DNA of 64,000 nucleotides, taken from the NCBI GenBank assembly GCA_012518415.1, contig JAAYSH010000035.1, forward strand, positions 934 through 64,933. Direction: 5' to 3'. Both the position numbers and the translations under genes were made by a program. Source of the stretch: Erysipelotrichaceae bacterium. GTDB lineage: Bacteria > Bacillota_I > Bacilli_A > RFN20 > CAG-826. The notes beneath the pieces are model-generated. The model was not told where the DNA came from. It ran no database searches and saw only the letters and a program-made list of their open reading frames with translations. Below are positions 31,857 through 43,043 of the stretch, in pieces; within the stretch, counting starts at the first letter, position 1; every line of letters begins with the position of its first letter.

Positions 31857-32509
31857 TCATTCACCTCATCGAGTAATGCGATAATTTCGCTAAACAATTG
31901 GTCGATACTTAGAAGTCCATTAACATTAATTAATAAGCCGGTGTCTTCATAATAATCTTCCAATGGAGCACTATCTTTGGTATAAACTGCTAGTCGCGTT
32001 TTAAATGCTTCTGCAGTGTCGTCTAATCTTTGAATTAATTCACCGTCGCATATATCACACACACCTGCAACTCGTGGTTTTAGTGTCTCAATATGGTATG
32101 GTGCGCCGCAGTTGCTACACACGCGTCTGCCAGAAATACGGGTGACTAACTCATCGGTACTTGCAGCAATATTTATAACTGCTGCTATTGGTTTATTAAG
32201 TTCATCTCCGATTTCTTGAAGTGCTTTTGCTTGCGGCAGTGTCCGCGGGAAGCCATCGAGTAAATAGCCATTACTCGTATCGGCTTCACTAAGTCTTTCT
32301 TTAACTAAGCCAATCGTAACATCATCAGGAACTAAATTTCCATCATTAATATATCGAGCGGCAATTTGACCTAGCGGCGTTTTATTACTTATAGCTTCAC
32401 GGAAAATATTTCCGGTTGAAATATGTGGTATTCCGTAATGCTTAGCAATTTTTTGAGCTTGGGTACCTTTACCAGCACCCGGCGGCCCAAGAAGTACGAG
32501 GTTTAACAT
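31853..32509 (-). CDS. adk: Adenylate kinase
   Basis: GPPGAGKGTQA P-loop and a Zn-binding lid (CSNCG...CDIC). Confidence 0.95.
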   Translation of the reverse strand: MLNLVLLGPPGAGKGTQAQKIAKHYGIPHISTGNIFREAISNKTPLGQIAARYINDGNLVPDDVTIGLVKERLSEADTSNGYLLDGFPRTLPQAKALQEIGDELNKPIAAVINIAASTDELVTRISGRRVCSNCGAPYHIETLKPRVAGVCDICDGELIQRLDDTAEAFKTRLAVYTKDSAPLEDYYEDTGLLINVNGLLSIDQLFSEIIALLDEVNE

Positions 32510-33867
32510 TAACCCCGTCCTCCAGCCCGTTGGATTTCTTCGAAACTCTTGCCGGCGAGTAAACCATCAATTTGGTTATTAATTTCAAGTGCAACACCGA
32601 CAACAATAATCATCCCTGTTCCACCTAGAGCTAAACTTTGATCAGGGACCAAACCGGTAAGTGTAAGAATAATTGGGAATGCTGCAATCGCGGCAAGCGC
32701 TAATGCACCAATTACGGTTACCCGGTTAACGACTTTTCTAACATAACGCTCAGTCTCATTACCAGGACGTATACCTGGGATATACGAACCATTCTTTTGG
32801 AAATTCTCTGCGAGTTTTTCCGGATTAATTTGTAAATTCGCATATAAGAATGAGAAGGCAATAATTAGGAATACGTAGATAAGTAAACCCCAAGGCATTG
32901 ACCATGTTTGGTTACCAAACCACGGCATTTTTGTCATCGCTGACATATTAAATATATTAAGCCATTCTGCGCTTTGGTCTGCTCCTTGAATGAAACTAAC
33001 AATAATCGAAGGGGCCATCATTAATGATGAAGCGAAGATTACTGGAATAACTCCAGATGAGTTTACTTTAATTGGGAGGAATGATGCCTGCGCATATTTA
33101 GCAGTTCTTCCACCCTTGCCCGCGCTTTGAACTGGAATTCTTCGCTGCGAGTTTTCAATAAATGTAATAAATATAATAATTGCGACAAACACAACGATAT
33201 ATAGTAAGAATTGGAATACGCCAGTTAATACTTCTTGAACAGGTAATCCAACATTTAACTTACTACCTAACCACACGCTGAATGCACGGGTAAATTGCGT
33301 TGGAAGCGAGGAGACGATACCGGCAAAAATAATCATTGAAATACCGTTACCTACTCCTTTAATGGAAATTTGGTCACCTAACCACATCGTTAGGAATGTA
33401 CCTGCTAGCATAATAATAATTATGTAAGCATATGTTAGGAAACCGCTACTAGATAAAGTAATATAGTTACTATTTTCCATCGTAATGACAATTCCGTATG
33501 CTTGAACCGCTCCTAAGAGTAGGGTTAAGTAACGAGTTGCCATATCTAGTTTTCGTCTTCCTGCTTGTCCTTGCCTTGATAATTCTGTTAAAGCTGGCAA
33601 AACGTCGGAACTAAGTAATTGAATAATAATCGACGAGGTAATATAAGGCGAAACTCCTAGCGCCATAATCGAGAAGCTTTGGAGCGCCCCTCCTCCTAAC
33701 ATATTCATTAAACCGAAAGCATCATGTTCACTTAGTGAGGCACCTTGAACGGTAACACCTGGGACAGTAATCGCCGCCCCAATTCTCCAGATGAATAAGA
33801 TGACAATCGTAAAGAAAATACGGTCAACGATTTCTTTATTCTTAAAAATAGCCCGGAATTTCTTCAT
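32509..33867 (-). CDS. secY: Preprotein translocase subunit SecY
   Basis: 452 aa with 10 TMs; sits between rplO and adk. Confidence 0.95.
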   Translation of the reverse strand: MKKFRAIFKNKEIVDRIFFTIVILFIWRIGAAITVPGVTVQGASLSEHDAFGLMNMLGGGALQSFSIMALGVSPYITSSIIIQLLSSDVLPALTELSRQGQAGRRKLDMATRYLTLLLGAVQAYGIVITMENSNYITLSSSGFLTYAYIIIIMLAGTFLTMWLGDQISIKGVGNGISMIIFAGIVSSLPTQFTRAFSVWLGSKLNVGLPVQEVLTGVFQFLLYIVVFVAIIIFITFIENSQRRIPVQSAGKGGRTAKYAQASFLPIKVNSSGVIPVIFASSLMMAPSIIVSFIQGADQSAEWLNIFNMSAMTKMPWFGNQTWSMPWGLLIYVFLIIAFSFLYANLQINPEKLAENFQKNGSYIPGIRPGNETERYVRKVVNRVTVIGALALAAIAAFPIILTLTGLVPDQSLALGGTGMIIVVGVALEINNQIDGLLAGKSFEEIQRAGGRG

Positions 33868-33868
33868 T

Positions 33869-34315
33869 TTAAATAGCCTCGACTTGTCCGCCTGCTTTTA
33901 CAATGGCAGCTTCTGCACTTGCAGAAAACTTGTTTGCCTTGACGGTTAATTTTTTCGTAATTTTTCCACCACCTAAGACTTTGATTCCGCCGTTTTCGAT
34001 TTGCTTGACAATACCGGCTTCAATTAACTCTTTTGGTGTAACAATCGCTCCGTCTTCAAAGCGATCCAAATCACTTAAATTAACGACTGTATATCTAATG
34101 CCGCCCCGGTTGTTGAAACCGCGTTTTGGAATACGGCGATATAAAGGTGTTTGTCCACCTTCGAAACCAGGTGCTTTTCTTGACGCACGGCCTCTTGAAC
34201 GTTGACCTTTGTGGCCAGTACCGGTGTTTTTACCCCATCCTGATCCTTCACCACGGCCAACCCTTTTTCTTTTACCGCGCGATCCGTCTGTATATTGAAG
34301 TTCATGTAATTTCAT
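33869..34315 (-). CDS. rplO: 50S ribosomal protein L15
   Basis: 148 aa with a Gly/Arg-rich N-terminus (GRGEGSGWGKNTGTGHKGQ). Confidence 0.93.
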   Translation of the reverse strand: MKLHELQYTDGSRGKRKRVGRGEGSGWGKNTGTGHKGQRSRGRASRKAPGFEGGQTPLYRRIPKRGFNNRGGIRYTVVNLSDLDRFEDGAIVTPKELIEAGIVKQIENGGIKVLGGGKITKKLTVKANKFSASAEAAIVKAGGQVEAI

Positions 34316-34347
34316 AATAATTTCCTCCTTGCAACTTGAGTTAAGGA

Positions 34348-34986
34348 TTAACCCTCATACTCACGAAGCGCTTGTACATCCTTGCGCGATTTAAGATTTT
34401 GCAAACCATCATGTGTTGCACGTAAGACGTTAAGTGGGTTTCTTGACCCATATATTTTTGAATAAACGTTGCGAATCCCTGCTAATTCGAGTAAGACCCG
34501 CACTGGTCCACCAGCGATTATACCTGTTCCTTCAGGAGCTGGTTTTAAAAATACTTTACTTGCACCAAATCTTCCGACAACTTCGTGGGAGATTGTATCA
34601 GCGCTACCAGTTAACTCAACTTGTTGAATATCTTTTTTCGCTGATTCAAAACTCTTTCTAATTGCGTCTGGTACTTCAATCGCTTTTGCGTGAGCAAAGC
34701 CGTAGCTGCCTTTTTTGTTTCCAACAACAACAACTGCGACAAAGCGGATTCGACGTCCACCTTTAACCGTTTTCGCAACCCGGTTAATATTAACAACACG
34801 TTCTTCGTATTGTTTTTTTGGGCGTCTTCTACCATGACGGCGACGACCACCGGGACGACGAGTGCGGCCACGATTACGTGATGGTTGACTTCGTCTTTCT
34901 TCGGAAGCACTTGGTTCTACGTTTTTTTCAGTTTCATTTGTTGTTTTTTCGCTATTTACTTTTGTAGCTTCTTTATTATTTTCCAT
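34348..34986 (-). CDS. rpsE: 30S ribosomal protein S5, with a ~55-aa Arg-rich N-terminal extension
   Basis: Core [24 protein letters not shown]...[11 protein letters not shown]. Upstream is [22 protein letters not shown] with no internal Met. No rpmD lies between rpsE and rplO. Confidence 0.93.
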   Translation of the reverse strand: MENNKEATKVNSEKTTNETEKNVEPSASEERRSQPSRNRGRTRRPGGRRRHGRRRPKKQYEERVVNINRVAKTVKGGRRIRFVAVVVVGNKKGSYGFAHAKAIEVPDAIRKSFESAKKDIQQVELTGSADTISHEVVGRFGASKVFLKPAPEGTGIIAGGPVRVLLELAGIRNVYSKIYGSRNPLNVLRATHDGLQNLKSRKDVQALREYEG

Positions 34987-35001
34987 TCGTGCATCCTCCT
35001 T

Positions 35002-35358
35002 TTAAAATTGTAATCCTGCTTTTCGCGCTGCTTCTGCTAACGCTTTGACTCGACCGTGGTAAATATAACCACTGCGGTCGAACACGACTGTTTTATAGCC
35101 TGCTTTAAGTGCGGCTTCACCGATAGCCTTGCCAACTGCTTCTGCAGCTGCAATGTTGCCACCATTTTCTAATTTTAATCCAACCGAACTTGCACTTGCA
35201 AGGGTGACTCCCTTAACATCGTCAATAAGTTGGGCTTCGATATGTTTGTTACTTCGGAAAACATTAAGGCGTGGACGTTCATTAGTACCACTAATTTTTT
35301 TGCGTACGCGGGCATGTTTGCGAAGTCTAACTTTATTACGGTCAATTTTCTTAATCAT
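35002..35358 (-). CDS. rplR: 50S ribosomal protein L18
   Basis: 118 aa; sits between rplF and rpsE. Confidence 0.92.
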   Translation of the reverse strand: MIKKIDRNKVRLRKHARVRKKISGTNERPRLNVFRSNKHIEAQLIDDVKGVTLASASSVGLKLENGGNIAAAEAVGKAIGEAALKAGYKTVVFDRSGYIYHGRVKALAEAARKAGLQF

Positions 35359-35378
35359 AATTATATACCTCTTTCGCT

Positions 35379-35918
35379 TTAGGCCCCAGCGCGTTTACCT
35401 TCACGCCGTAAGATCCTTTCTCCTTTGTATCTAATACCTTTACCTAAGTAAGGTTCTGGTGGTCGAACTTCACGAATTCTTGCTGCTGTTTGACCGACTG
35501 CTTGACGGTCGATCCCTTCAACAACAATTTCCGTTGGTTTCGTAACATTAATGCGGCTATTTACTTCTGGTTCAATAATAACATTGTGTGAATAACCAAT
35601 TTCTAATTCAACGGCTTCACCTCTTTGAATCGCACGGTAACCGATTCCTTCGATTAGCAATGTTTTTTGGAATTCTTCATGAACACCAATAATTGCGTTT
35701 TCAAGAAGCGAACGGATTGTGCCATGTAAATTTTTCGCCCGAAGTGTTTCGCTTAAGCGTTTAACTTCAACTGCACCTTCGTTTAATTCGACGGTAAGTT
35801 CTTCAGGAATATTTACTTTTAATTCACCTTTTGGTCCTTTAACATCGATGAACCCTTCTTTAATATCGAGAGTTACTCCTTCAGGAAGAGTAATCGGTTT
35901 TTTTCCAATTCTTGACAT
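35379..35918 (-). CDS. rplF: 50S ribosomal protein L6
   Basis: 179 aa; [15 protein letters not shown] matches L6. Confidence 0.95.
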   Translation of the reverse strand: MSRIGKKPITLPEGVTLDIKEGFIDVKGPKGELKVNIPEELTVELNEGAVEVKRLSETLRAKNLHGTIRSLLENAIIGVHEEFQKTLLIEGIGYRAIQRGEAVELEIGYSHNVIIEPEVNSRINVTKPTEIVVEGIDRQAVGQTAARIREVRPPEPYLGKGIRYKGERILRREGKRAGA

Positions 35919-35927
35919 ACGCTCCTC

Positions 35928-36323
35928 CTACCAGACATAAGCGAGAACTTCCCCGCCAATACCTTTCTTTCTTGCACTTTCATCAGTCATTAAACCGTGT
36001 GATGTTGAAATAATTGCAATACCTAAACCGCGTAAGACACGTGGTAGTTTATCACAACCAACAGTAACTCTTAATCCTGGTTTTGAAATTTTCTTTAAAC
36101 CGGAAATAACTTTTTCCCCATTTGGACCATATTTTAAATTAAGGGTTAAAGTCTTTTTAACATCGCCTTCAACTTTAAAATCAGTGATAAAACCTTCTTC
36201 TTTTAAAATACGGGCAATGTTAGCTTTCATTCTACTACTTGGCATAGCAACCGTTTCGTAGCTTAAAGCATTTGCATTTCTAATACGTGTTAACATATCT
36301 GCAATTGGATCTGACATACTCAT
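35928..36323 (-). CDS. rpsH: 30S ribosomal protein S8
   Basis: [14 protein letters not shown]-terminal signature. The listed ORF (to 36344) is slightly over-extended. Confidence 0.93.
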   Translation of the reverse strand: MSMSDPIADMLTRIRNANALSYETVAMPSSRMKANIARILKEEGFITDFKVEGDVKKTLTLNLKYGPNGEKVISGLKKISKPGLRVTVGCDKLPRVLRGLGIAIISTSHGLMTDESARKKGIGGEVLAYVW

Positions 36324-36337
36324 AATTCGGTTCCTCC

Positions 36338-36523
36338 TTACCAACTAGATTTCTTCATACCAGGAATTTCGCCTTTATACGCGAGTTCGCGTAAGCAAAT
36401 TCGGCATAATTTGAATTTTCGATAAACACTTTTGGGACGACCACAACGTTGACAGCGCGTATACTCTCGCACTTTAAACTTGTTTGGCCGGCTCGCTTTT
36501 ACACGTTTTGATGTTTTTGCCAT
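36338..36523 (-). CDS. rpsN: 30S ribosomal protein S14, type Z (zinc-binding)
   Basis: 61 aa with CQRCGR...CRIC zinc motifs. Confidence 0.93.
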   Translation of the reverse strand: MAKTSKRVKASRPNKFKVREYTRCQRCGRPKSVYRKFKLCRICLRELAYKGEIPGMKKSSW

Positions 36524-36538
36524 ATGTTTCGTCCCTCC

Positions 36539-37177
36539 TTACTTTCTAAAGGGCATACCAAGTTTCGCTAAGAGCGAATATGCCTCTTTATCCGTTTCTG
36601 CGGTTGTGACAATTACAATGTCGGCTCCGCGTATTTTTCCGATTGAATCGTAATCGATCTCTGGGAAAATTAATTGTTCTCTTACACCAAGTGTATAGTT
36701 TCCACGACCATCGAAGGAGTTTTGTGAAACTCCGCGGAAGTCACGGACCCTTGGAAGGGCGATTGTAACTAATTTGTCAAAAAACTCATACATTCTGCTG
36801 CCGCGAAGTGTAACTTTTGTTCCTACTTCTTGTCCTTCTCTTAATTTGAAGGCGGCGACAGATTTTCTCGCCTTAATAACAATTGGTTTTTGACCAGAAA
36901 TCGTTGTTAAGTCACGCACTGCATCTTCCATAACTTTGGCGTTATGCGCTCCATCGCCTACACCTAAGTTAATGACAATTTTATGAATCGCAGGAACTTG
37001 CATTACTGTCGTATATTCAAATTCTTTCATCATTTCCGGAATAACTGTTGTGCGATATTTTTCTTCTAAGCGACTTAACTCGCGAGTTGGCGCGCTTTTT
37101 TTCGCGGGTTTTTTTGTTGCTTTTTCTTCTTTAGAGACCGCTTCTACGGCGGTTTTTACTTTTTTCTCTTCTGCCAT
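36539..37177 (-). CDS. rplE: 50S ribosomal protein L5, with a ~33-aa Lys/Glu-rich N-terminal extension
   Basis: Core LSRLEEKYR...[17 protein letters not shown]...[10 protein letters not shown]. Confidence 0.93.
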   Translation of the reverse strand: MAEEKKVKTAVEAVSKEEKATKKPAKKSAPTRELSRLEEKYRTTVIPEMMKEFEYTTVMQVPAIHKIVINLGVGDGAHNAKVMEDAVRDLTTISGQKPIVIKARKSVAAFKLREGQEVGTKVTLRGSRMYEFFDKLVTIALPRVRDFRGVSQNSFDGRGNYTLGVREQLIFPEIDYDSIGKIRGADIVIVTTAETDKEAYSLLAKLGMPFRK

Positions 37178-37191
37178 AAATAGCGTCCTCC

Positions 37192-37503
37192 TTAATCTAA
37201 TTGTGTTCCGCTTGCGACGGTGACACGGACTTTACGTCCTTCTTTGTTCACTTCCATGCGGACTCTTGTTGGTTTGTTTGTTTTTGGGTCAACAATTGCG
37301 ACATTACTTACGTGAATTGGCGCATATATATCAATAATTGATCCTTCTGGATTTTGTTGACTTGGTTTTTGGTGTTTCTTCCGAATGTTAATTCCTTCGA
37401 CTACGACCCGTTCGTGTTTAGGATGAACAAGTTGGACGATACCTTCTTTGCCTTTATCGCGACCAGCAATAACGACAACTTTATCACCTTTTTTAATTCT
37501 CAT
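37192..37503 (-). CDS. rplX: 50S ribosomal protein L24
   Basis: [24 protein letters not shown] motif. Confidence 0.93.
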   Translation of the reverse strand: MRIKKGDKVVVIAGRDKGKEGIVQLVHPKHERVVVEGINIRKKHQKPSQQNPEGSIIDIYAPIHVSNVAIVDPKTNKPTRVRMEVNKEGRKVRVTVASGTQLD

Positions 37504-37515
37504 TGTTGCGACCTC

Positions 37516-37890
37516 CTAAATTACTTCCTGGGCGAGTGAAACAATTTTCATCGCTCCTTCACCTTTTTCCCGTAATTCACGGGCGATTGGACCAAAGACC
37601 CTGGTCCCGATTGGGTTGCCATCTTCATTTAATAAGACGACTGCATTGTCATCGAAACGGATTGTTGATCCATCTTTTCGTTGAACTGCCTTTTTAACTC
37701 GAACAATAATACCAGTGACTATTTCACCTTTTTTAACTTTGCCTCCTGGAGTAGAAGCTTTAACCGTACAAGTGACTAAGTCGCCTAAGGTTGATGAGCG
37801 GCGGGCTGAGCCTCCGATTAAGGAAATAACTTGAACGATTCGGGCACCACTATTATCTGCAACATTTAATCTTGTTTCTTTAATAATCAT
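37516..37890 (-). CDS. rplN: 50S ribosomal protein L14
   Basis: [17 protein letters not shown] matches L14. Confidence 0.95.
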   Translation of the reverse strand: MIIKETRLNVADNSGARIVQVISLIGGSARRSSTLGDLVTCTVKASTPGGKVKKGEIVTGIIVRVKKAVQRKDGSTIRFDDNAVVLLNEDGNPIGTRVFGPIARELREKGEGAMKIVSLAQEVI

Positions 37891-37902
37891 AACAGCGCCT
37901 CC

Positions 37903-38343
37903 TTATTGTTCTTCGTTCGCGGGCGTTTCTTCATCTACTTCAACTTCCGCTTCGAGTTCTTCTTCGTTTTCTTCTTCATCTTCTTCGAATTTATCTGCAG
38001 GAGTAACTTCGAGTTCTTCTTGAAGTTCTTCAAGTGCAGCTGCTTCTTCGGCTTGAACTTCTTCAAGCGCTTCTTTAACAGAAACATCACCTTCGATTAA
38101 GACGCGAACTAACATCCAGCGTTTTGTTTTGCTCACTGGGCGAATGCCACGAATTAAGACGCGGTCGCCTTCTTTGGCAAGATTTTCTTCGTCATGGACG
38201 TAGTATTTCTTCCGATATTTCACCCGTTTTTTATATTTTGGGTGGGGAATGTGTGTTTCTACAAGGACGACGATTGTCTTATCCATTTTGTCACTTACGA
38301 CTTCGCCAACCATTTGTCGGCGTAAATTTCTTGTGTTTGCCAT
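37903..38343 (-). CDS. rpsQ: 30S ribosomal protein S17, with a ~60-aa acidic C-terminal extension
   Basis: S17 core ([17 protein letters not shown]...[14 protein letters not shown]) followed by [14 protein letters not shown]...[25 protein letters not shown]. Confidence 0.9.
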   Translation of the reverse strand: MANTRNLRRQMVGEVVSDKMDKTIVVLVETHIPHPKYKKRVKYRKKYYVHDEENLAKEGDRVLIRGIRPVSKTKRWMLVRVLIEGDVSVKEALEEVQAEEAAALEELQEELEVTPADKFEEDEEENEEELEAEVEVDEETPANEEQ

Positions 38344-38355
38344 ATCGTCACCCTC

Positions 38356-38562
38356 CTATTTATTTTCCGCTAAGCCGAGTTCTCGCTCACGGAGCACTGT
38401 ATTAACTCGAGCAATATCTTTGCGGACTTTCGTAATGTCTTTTCCGTTTTCTAGTTGTCCAACGGCTTGTCTGCGCCGTAAGTGGAACAACTGTTCTTTT
38501 AATGAATAATGTTTTTCGGCTAACTCTTCATTTGTGAGTTCACGAATTTCGTTAATTTTCAT
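38356..38562 (-). CDS. rpmC: 50S ribosomal protein L29
   Basis: 68 aa; sits between rplP and rpsQ; coiled-coil sequence typical of L29. Confidence 0.9.
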   Translation of the reverse strand: MKINEIRELTNEELAEKHYSLKEQLFHLRRRQAVGQLENGKDITKVRKDIARVNTVLRERELGLAENK

Positions 38563-38980
38563 CTATGTTCACGTCCTTCCGGCTTACTACCCGACATTTG
38601 ACCGGGAGTTTGTAGGCGGCGAGTGCGAGTGCTTCTCTAGCGATCTTTTCTGACACACCACCTATTTCAAATAAGATTCGGCCACGTTTTACAACGGCTA
38701 CCCATCCATCTGGTGCTCCTTTACCTCCACCCATCCGAACATCAGCAGGTTTTCTTGTAACGGCAAGATGTGGGAATATACGAATCCAAATTTTACCTGT
38801 TCTTCTTGTGTATGCGGCTAGCACAATCCGGGCTGATTCAATTGAGCGGTTACTAATGTAATTACCGTGAAGAGCTTGAAGAGCATAATCACCGTGTTCA
38901 ATTCTTGTACCAGCAGTAGCTTTTCCTTTCCAGGATTGTCCATGCGGTTTGCGATATTTTGTCCGTTTTGGTTGTAACAT
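38552..38980 (-). CDS. rplP: 50S ribosomal protein L16
   Basis: [11 protein letters not shown]...WIRIFP...RMGGGKG matches L16. Confidence 0.95.
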   Translation of the reverse strand: MLQPKRTKYRKPHGQSWKGKATAGTRIEHGDYALQALHGNYISNRSIESARIVLAAYTRRTGKIWIRIFPHLAVTRKPADVRMGGGKGAPDGWVAVVKRGRILFEIGGVSEKIAREALALAAYKLPVKCRVVSRKDVNIDEN

Positions 38981-38985
38981 CGTGA

Positions 38986-39657
38986 TTATTCTCCTTTCTC
39001 TTTAGTTCTGCGGCTTGGGTACTCACCCCGACAGATCCATACTTTAACACCTAAGCGCCCATAAGGCATGTGTGCTTCAGCGTGAGCGTAGTCAATATCA
39101 CTACGTAATGTATGTAATGGCGTTGTACCTTCTTTGTAACCTTCACTACGGGCAATTTCTGCTCCATTTAATCGGCCACTAATTTGTGTTTTAATACCTT
39201 TTGCACCAGCCCGTCGTACTTGTCTAATCATTCGTTTTTGTACGACTCGGAATGATGCACGTTCTTCGAGTTGACGTGCGATTGAGTTAGCAACGATCGT
39301 TGCATCTAAATCAGGGTTTTTAACGTCAACAATGTCAATGTTAAGTTCACCTGTTGTGATGATCTTGTCTAATTGTGCTTTTGTTTCGCTAATTGTGGCT
39401 CCTTCTTTACCCATCGCAACACCAACACGGGCGACGTGAGCGGTAACATTAACACGGTAGCCACTTTCTGATTTAACAACACGTTCAATTTCAATTCGAG
39501 ATAAGCCTGCGTTTGCAAGGCGTTTTTCTAAATATTCCCGAATTTTCATATCTTCATTAAGAAATTTGGCAAAATCTTGGTTGTTTGCATACCAACGTGA
39601 ATTCCAGTTACGGTTCACACCGTATCGCATGCCATTCGGATTAACTTTTTGTCCCAT
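38986..39657 (-). CDS. rpsC: 30S ribosomal protein S3
   Basis: [13 protein letters not shown]... with KH domain; 223 aa. Confidence 0.95.
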   Translation of the reverse strand: MGQKVNPNGMRYGVNRNWNSRWYANNQDFAKFLNEDMKIREYLEKRLANAGLSRIEIERVVKSESGYRVNVTAHVARVGVAMGKEGATISETKAQLDKIITTGELNIDIVDVKNPDLDATIVANSIARQLEERASFRVVQKRMIRQVRRAGAKGIKTQISGRLNGAEIARSEGYKEGTTPLHTLRSDIDYAHAEAHMPYGRLGVKVWICRGEYPSRRTKEKGE

Positions 39658-39667
39658 AACTTTCCTC

Positions 39668-40168
39668 CTATGCCCTTTCTTTTACTACCACAGTAATGTG
39701 GCTGGTTCTTTTTGTTACGCCTGAGGCTGATCCTCGAGCACGGGGACGATAACGTTTAAGTCTTGTCCCTTCACTAGCATAAATTTCGCTAATATATAAA
39801 CTTTCTTCATCTAAGCCGAAGTTGTTAACGGCGTTAGCGACCGCACTGTTAATTGTTTTAACAACAATTGGCGTTGCTGACTTGTTAACGTTAGCAAGTA
39901 GAGCGAGTGCTTCACTTACATCAAGGCCGCGAACTAAGTCGATAACTAGTTTTGCTTTTCTTGGTGTAACGCGAACCATTTTTGCTACTGCTTTTGCTTC
40001 GGTTCGTCTTTCTTGAATTACTTCTTCAAGTTGTTCGTCATCTTTTTTTCTTCCGAATAATCGGCGACGCTTTTTTACTTTACCTGTATCTTCTTTTACT
40101 TCTTCGCTTGGAGCGGTAGTTTCATTAACTTCTTCTTGGTTAATATCTTTTTTCTTATCTTTTGCCAT
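39668..40168 (-). CDS. rplV: 50S ribosomal protein L22, with a ~44-aa charged N-terminal extension
   Basis: Core [24 protein letters not shown]...[10 protein letters not shown]; the extension is [14 protein letters not shown].... Confidence 0.9.
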   Translation of the reverse strand: MAKDKKKDINQEEVNETTAPSEEVKEDTGKVKKRRRLFGRKKDDEQLEEVIQERRTEAKAVAKMVRVTPRKAKLVIDLVRGLDVSEALALLANVNKSATPIVVKTINSAVANAVNNFGLDEESLYISEIYASEGTRLKRYRPRARGSASGVTKRTSHITVVVKERA

Positions 40169-40177
40169 ACCTTACTC

Positions 40178-40480
40178 CTATTTCTTCTTCGCCCGTGCTT
40201 TTGCGGCTTTGTCTTCTGCTGAGTGTCCAGCATGTCCGCGGTAAGTTCTAGTTGGGGCGAATTCTCCTAATTTATGTCCGACCATATCCTCGGTAACGTA
40301 TACAGTAATATGTTCTCTACCGTTATAAACCGCGAAGGTGTGACCGACAAATGCGGGGAAAATCGTCGAACGACGTGACCAGGTCTTGATAATTTCTTTT
40401 CGATTCGCTTTGTTTAAGGCATCGACTTTTTTGAGCAAGTGCTCGTCTGCGAATGGGCCTTTTTTCAAACTACGTGCCAT
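40178..40480 (-). CDS. rpsS: 30S ribosomal protein S19
   Basis: [10 protein letters not shown]...[12 protein letters not shown] matches S19. Confidence 0.95.
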   Translation of the reverse strand: MARSLKKGPFADEHLLKKVDALNKANRKEIIKTWSRRSTIFPAFVGHTFAVYNGREHITVYVTEDMVGHKLGEFAPTRTYRGHAGHSAEDKAAKARAKKK

Positions 40481-40501
40481 AGTACCTTTCCTCCTTCACG
40501 T

Positions 40502-41338
40502 TTATTTCCGTTTCCGGCGGCGCCGGACGATTAATTTGGTCGATGGTTTTTTATTTCGTCTTGTTTTAACTCCAAGTGCTTTTTTACCCCATGGAGTTCT
40601 TGGTGCGTCGTGTCCGATTGGTGCTTTACCTTCACCACCACCATGTGGGTGATCGTTAGGGTTCATTGCTGATCCGCGGACAGTTGGGCGGAAGCCTAAC
40701 CAGCGAGACTTACCAGCTTTACCAAGGTTAATTAAGTTATATTCTTCATTGCCGACACTACCGATTGTTGCTCGACATGTAGCAAGAATTTTTCTAACTT
40801 CCGAACTTTGGAGACGAAGTGTGACGTATTTGCCTTCTTTAGCTAATACTCTTGCACTAGTTCCGGCCGCTCTTGCGATTTGGCCACCTTTTTTCGGATG
40901 TAATTCCACGTTATGAACGACAGTTCCTACCGGAATATTTGCTAGTGGCATTGCATTACCGACACGAAGGTCGACTTTTTCTCCGCTGATGATTTCGTCG
41001 CCGACTTGTAATCCCTTTGGATGAATAATATAACGCTTTTCACCATCAACATAATTAATTAAAGCGATATTTGCATTTCGATTTGGATCATATTCAATCG
41101 CTGCGACTTTTCCGATAATATCGTCTTTGTTTCGTTTGAAGTCGATAATCCGGTAACGCCGTTTGTGACCACCACCACGATGACGTGTGGTAATTTTCCC
41201 GGCATTGTTACGTCCGCCTGATTTTTTAAGGGTAACGGTTAGTGATTTTTCCGGAGTAGTTTTGGTAATTTCTTCAAACGTTAAATTTGTCATATTTCGC
41301 CGCGATGGTGTCGTCGGCTTATATTTTCTAATTGCCAT
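40502..41338 (-). CDS. rplB: 50S ribosomal protein L2
   Basis: 278 aa; ...GGGHKRRYR...[15 protein letters not shown] matches L2. Confidence 0.96.
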   Translation of the reverse strand: MAIRKYKPTTPSRRNMTNLTFEEITKTTPEKSLTVTLKKSGGRNNAGKITTRHRGGGHKRRYRIIDFKRNKDDIIGKVAAIEYDPNRNANIALINYVDGEKRYIIHPKGLQVGDEIISGEKVDLRVGNAMPLANIPVGTVVHNVELHPKKGGQIARAAGTSARVLAKEGKYVTLRLQSSEVRKILATCRATIGSVGNEEYNLINLGKAGKSRWLGFRPTVRGSAMNPNDHPHGGGEGKAPIGHDAPRTPWGKKALGVKTRRNKKPSTKLIVRRRRKRK

Positions 41339-41355
41339 AATTCACTTCTCCTTCT

Positions 41356-41673
41356 TTATTCTTTGAATAAATCGATAGCTTCGCCTTCAGCGACAGTTAC
41401 GATTGCTTTCTTATATCCGCGGGTATGCCCTGGATATCTTGTTCCCCGTCTTGTTACATCACGACGAACATTAATAACGTTTACATTGTCGACTTTTACT
41501 TCGAAGACTGCTTCGAAGGCGTCTTTAATTTCTTCTTTTGTTGCAGTTTTTAACACTTCAACTGTAACTTTATTTTGCGCTTGCATAAGCGCCATTGTTT
41601 TTTCAGTAATTATTGGACGAATTATAACATCAAAGTGTTTTGTTGCTCTTCGCACTTGTTTTTCATTTGCCAT
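41356..41673 (-). CDS. rplW: 50S ribosomal protein L23
   Basis: 105 aa; sits between rplD and rplB. Confidence 0.9.
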   Translation of the reverse strand: MANEKQVRRATKHFDVIIRPIITEKTMALMQAQNKVTVEVLKTATKEEIKDAFEAVFEVKVDNVNVINVRRDVTRRGTRYPGHTRGYKKAIVTVAEGEAIDLFKE

Positions 41674-42323
41674 TATTTAATTCCTCCTTCTAATTCCTTA
41701 ATCGCATCTTTTGTAAAGACAACTGTATCTACATGAAGTAAGTCGTAAACAGAAACATTTGTTGGGGCGACTAGCTTCACATGAGCGAGGTTACGAACGG
41801 CTAAGTGGAGATTGTAGTCTTCTACTTCTTTAACAATCAATACTTTGCCTTCAGCCTTAATCGCTTGTAAGAATGCAAGCGCCTCTTTTGTTTTAGCAAT
41901 GTTTTCGAGTGTTTCAACAATAATGATGCTCTTATTTTCACGGTGAAGTGAGAGCGCACTTTTTAAGGCGAGTGCATGTTGTTTGCGATTTTGTTTTTGT
42001 TTGTAGTTTTGTGTTCCATCAGGTGTGTGAACCGCTCCACCTCCGACCCAAATTGGGGAACGGGTTGAACCTGCTCGCGCACGACCTGTACCTTTTTGTC
42101 GCCAAGGTTTTCTGCCACCGCCACGAACTTCGCTACGGTTTTTTGTTTTGGCAGTCGCTTGTCGACGGTTATTTAAGTATGTTTGAACCGCATCGAACAT
42201 TACTTGTTCATTAGGTTCAACAGCAAACACTTCGCTTTTTAAACGGACGAATGTTGTTTCCTCACCCGCTTGGTTGAACAAGGGATAGTTAACGCTTGCC
42301 GTTTTTACAGTTAAATTTGCCAT
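41673..42323 (-). CDS. rplD: 50S ribosomal protein L4
   Basis: 216 aa; ...KPWRQKGTGRAR... matches L4. Confidence 0.93.
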   Translation of the reverse strand: MANLTVKTASVNYPLFNQAGEETTFVRLKSEVFAVEPNEQVMFDAVQTYLNNRRQATAKTKNRSEVRGGGRKPWRQKGTGRARAGSTRSPIWVGGGAVHTPDGTQNYKQKQNRKQHALALKSALSLHRENKSIIIVETLENIAKTKEALAFLQAIKAEGKVLIVKEVEDYNLHLAVRNLAHVKLVAPTNVSVYDLLHVDTVVFTKDAIKELEGGIK

Positions 42324-42337
42324 AATTAGCTACCTCC

Positions 42338-43033
42338 TTATTCTTGGTCGACCGCGCCTTCAGCAGCGCGATTAATAATTGGCTTAATTACTTTAGGTTC
42401 ACCAAGCTGTGTTTTGATTGCTGAGCGAACTTTGACAAGACCTTTTTTCGGTCCTGGGATTGCGCCTTTAATTAAGAGCGCGTTTTTATCAGCGATAACA
42501 TCGACGATTTGTAAGTTTAAGACTGTTACTTGTTGATCGCCGTGGTGTCCGGGCATCTTTGTACCTTTGTGGACACGGCTGTCGGTAATACCTGATGCGA
42601 TTGATCCAGGTCCGCGGTGGAACCTTGAACCGTGTGATCTTGGTCCAGAAGCATGACCGTGACGTTTAATCGTTCCTGAGAACCCTTTTCCTTTGGAACG
42701 ACCGGTTACGTCAACCATGTCACCTTTTTGGAAAATATCAACGGTAATTGCATCGCCGACTTTGTAGTCGCTTAATTCATCACCTTGAAGTTCAAACAAA
42801 TGTTTCTTTGTCGTAACACCAGCTTTGGCAAAGATGCCTTTGCGTGGTTTGTTTACCCGTTGTTCTTTTTGTTCTTCATAACCGATTTGAAGTGCGTTAT
42901 AACCATCGACTTCTTCGGTTTTAATTTGGGTAACGACATTTGGTAAGACTTCAACAACTGTAACAGCATACATTGTGCCATCTTCCGCGAATACTTGGGT
43001 CATACCAACTTTGCGGCCTATAATCTCTTTCAT
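42338..43033 (-). CDS. rplC: 50S ribosomal protein L3
   Basis: 231 aa; GRKVGMTQVF...GKGFSG matches L3. Confidence 0.93.
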   Translation of the reverse strand: MKEIIGRKVGMTQVFAEDGTMYAVTVVEVLPNVVTQIKTEEVDGYNALQIGYEEQKEQRVNKPRKGIFAKAGVTTKKHLFELQGDELSDYKVGDAITVDIFQKGDMVDVTGRSKGKGFSGTIKRHGHASGPRSHGSRFHRGPGSIASGITDSRVHKGTKMPGHHGDQQVTVLNLQIVDVIADKNALLIKGAIPGPKKGLVKVRSAIKTQLGEPKVIKPIINRAAEGAVDQE

Positions 43034-43043
43034 GTCTTACCTC

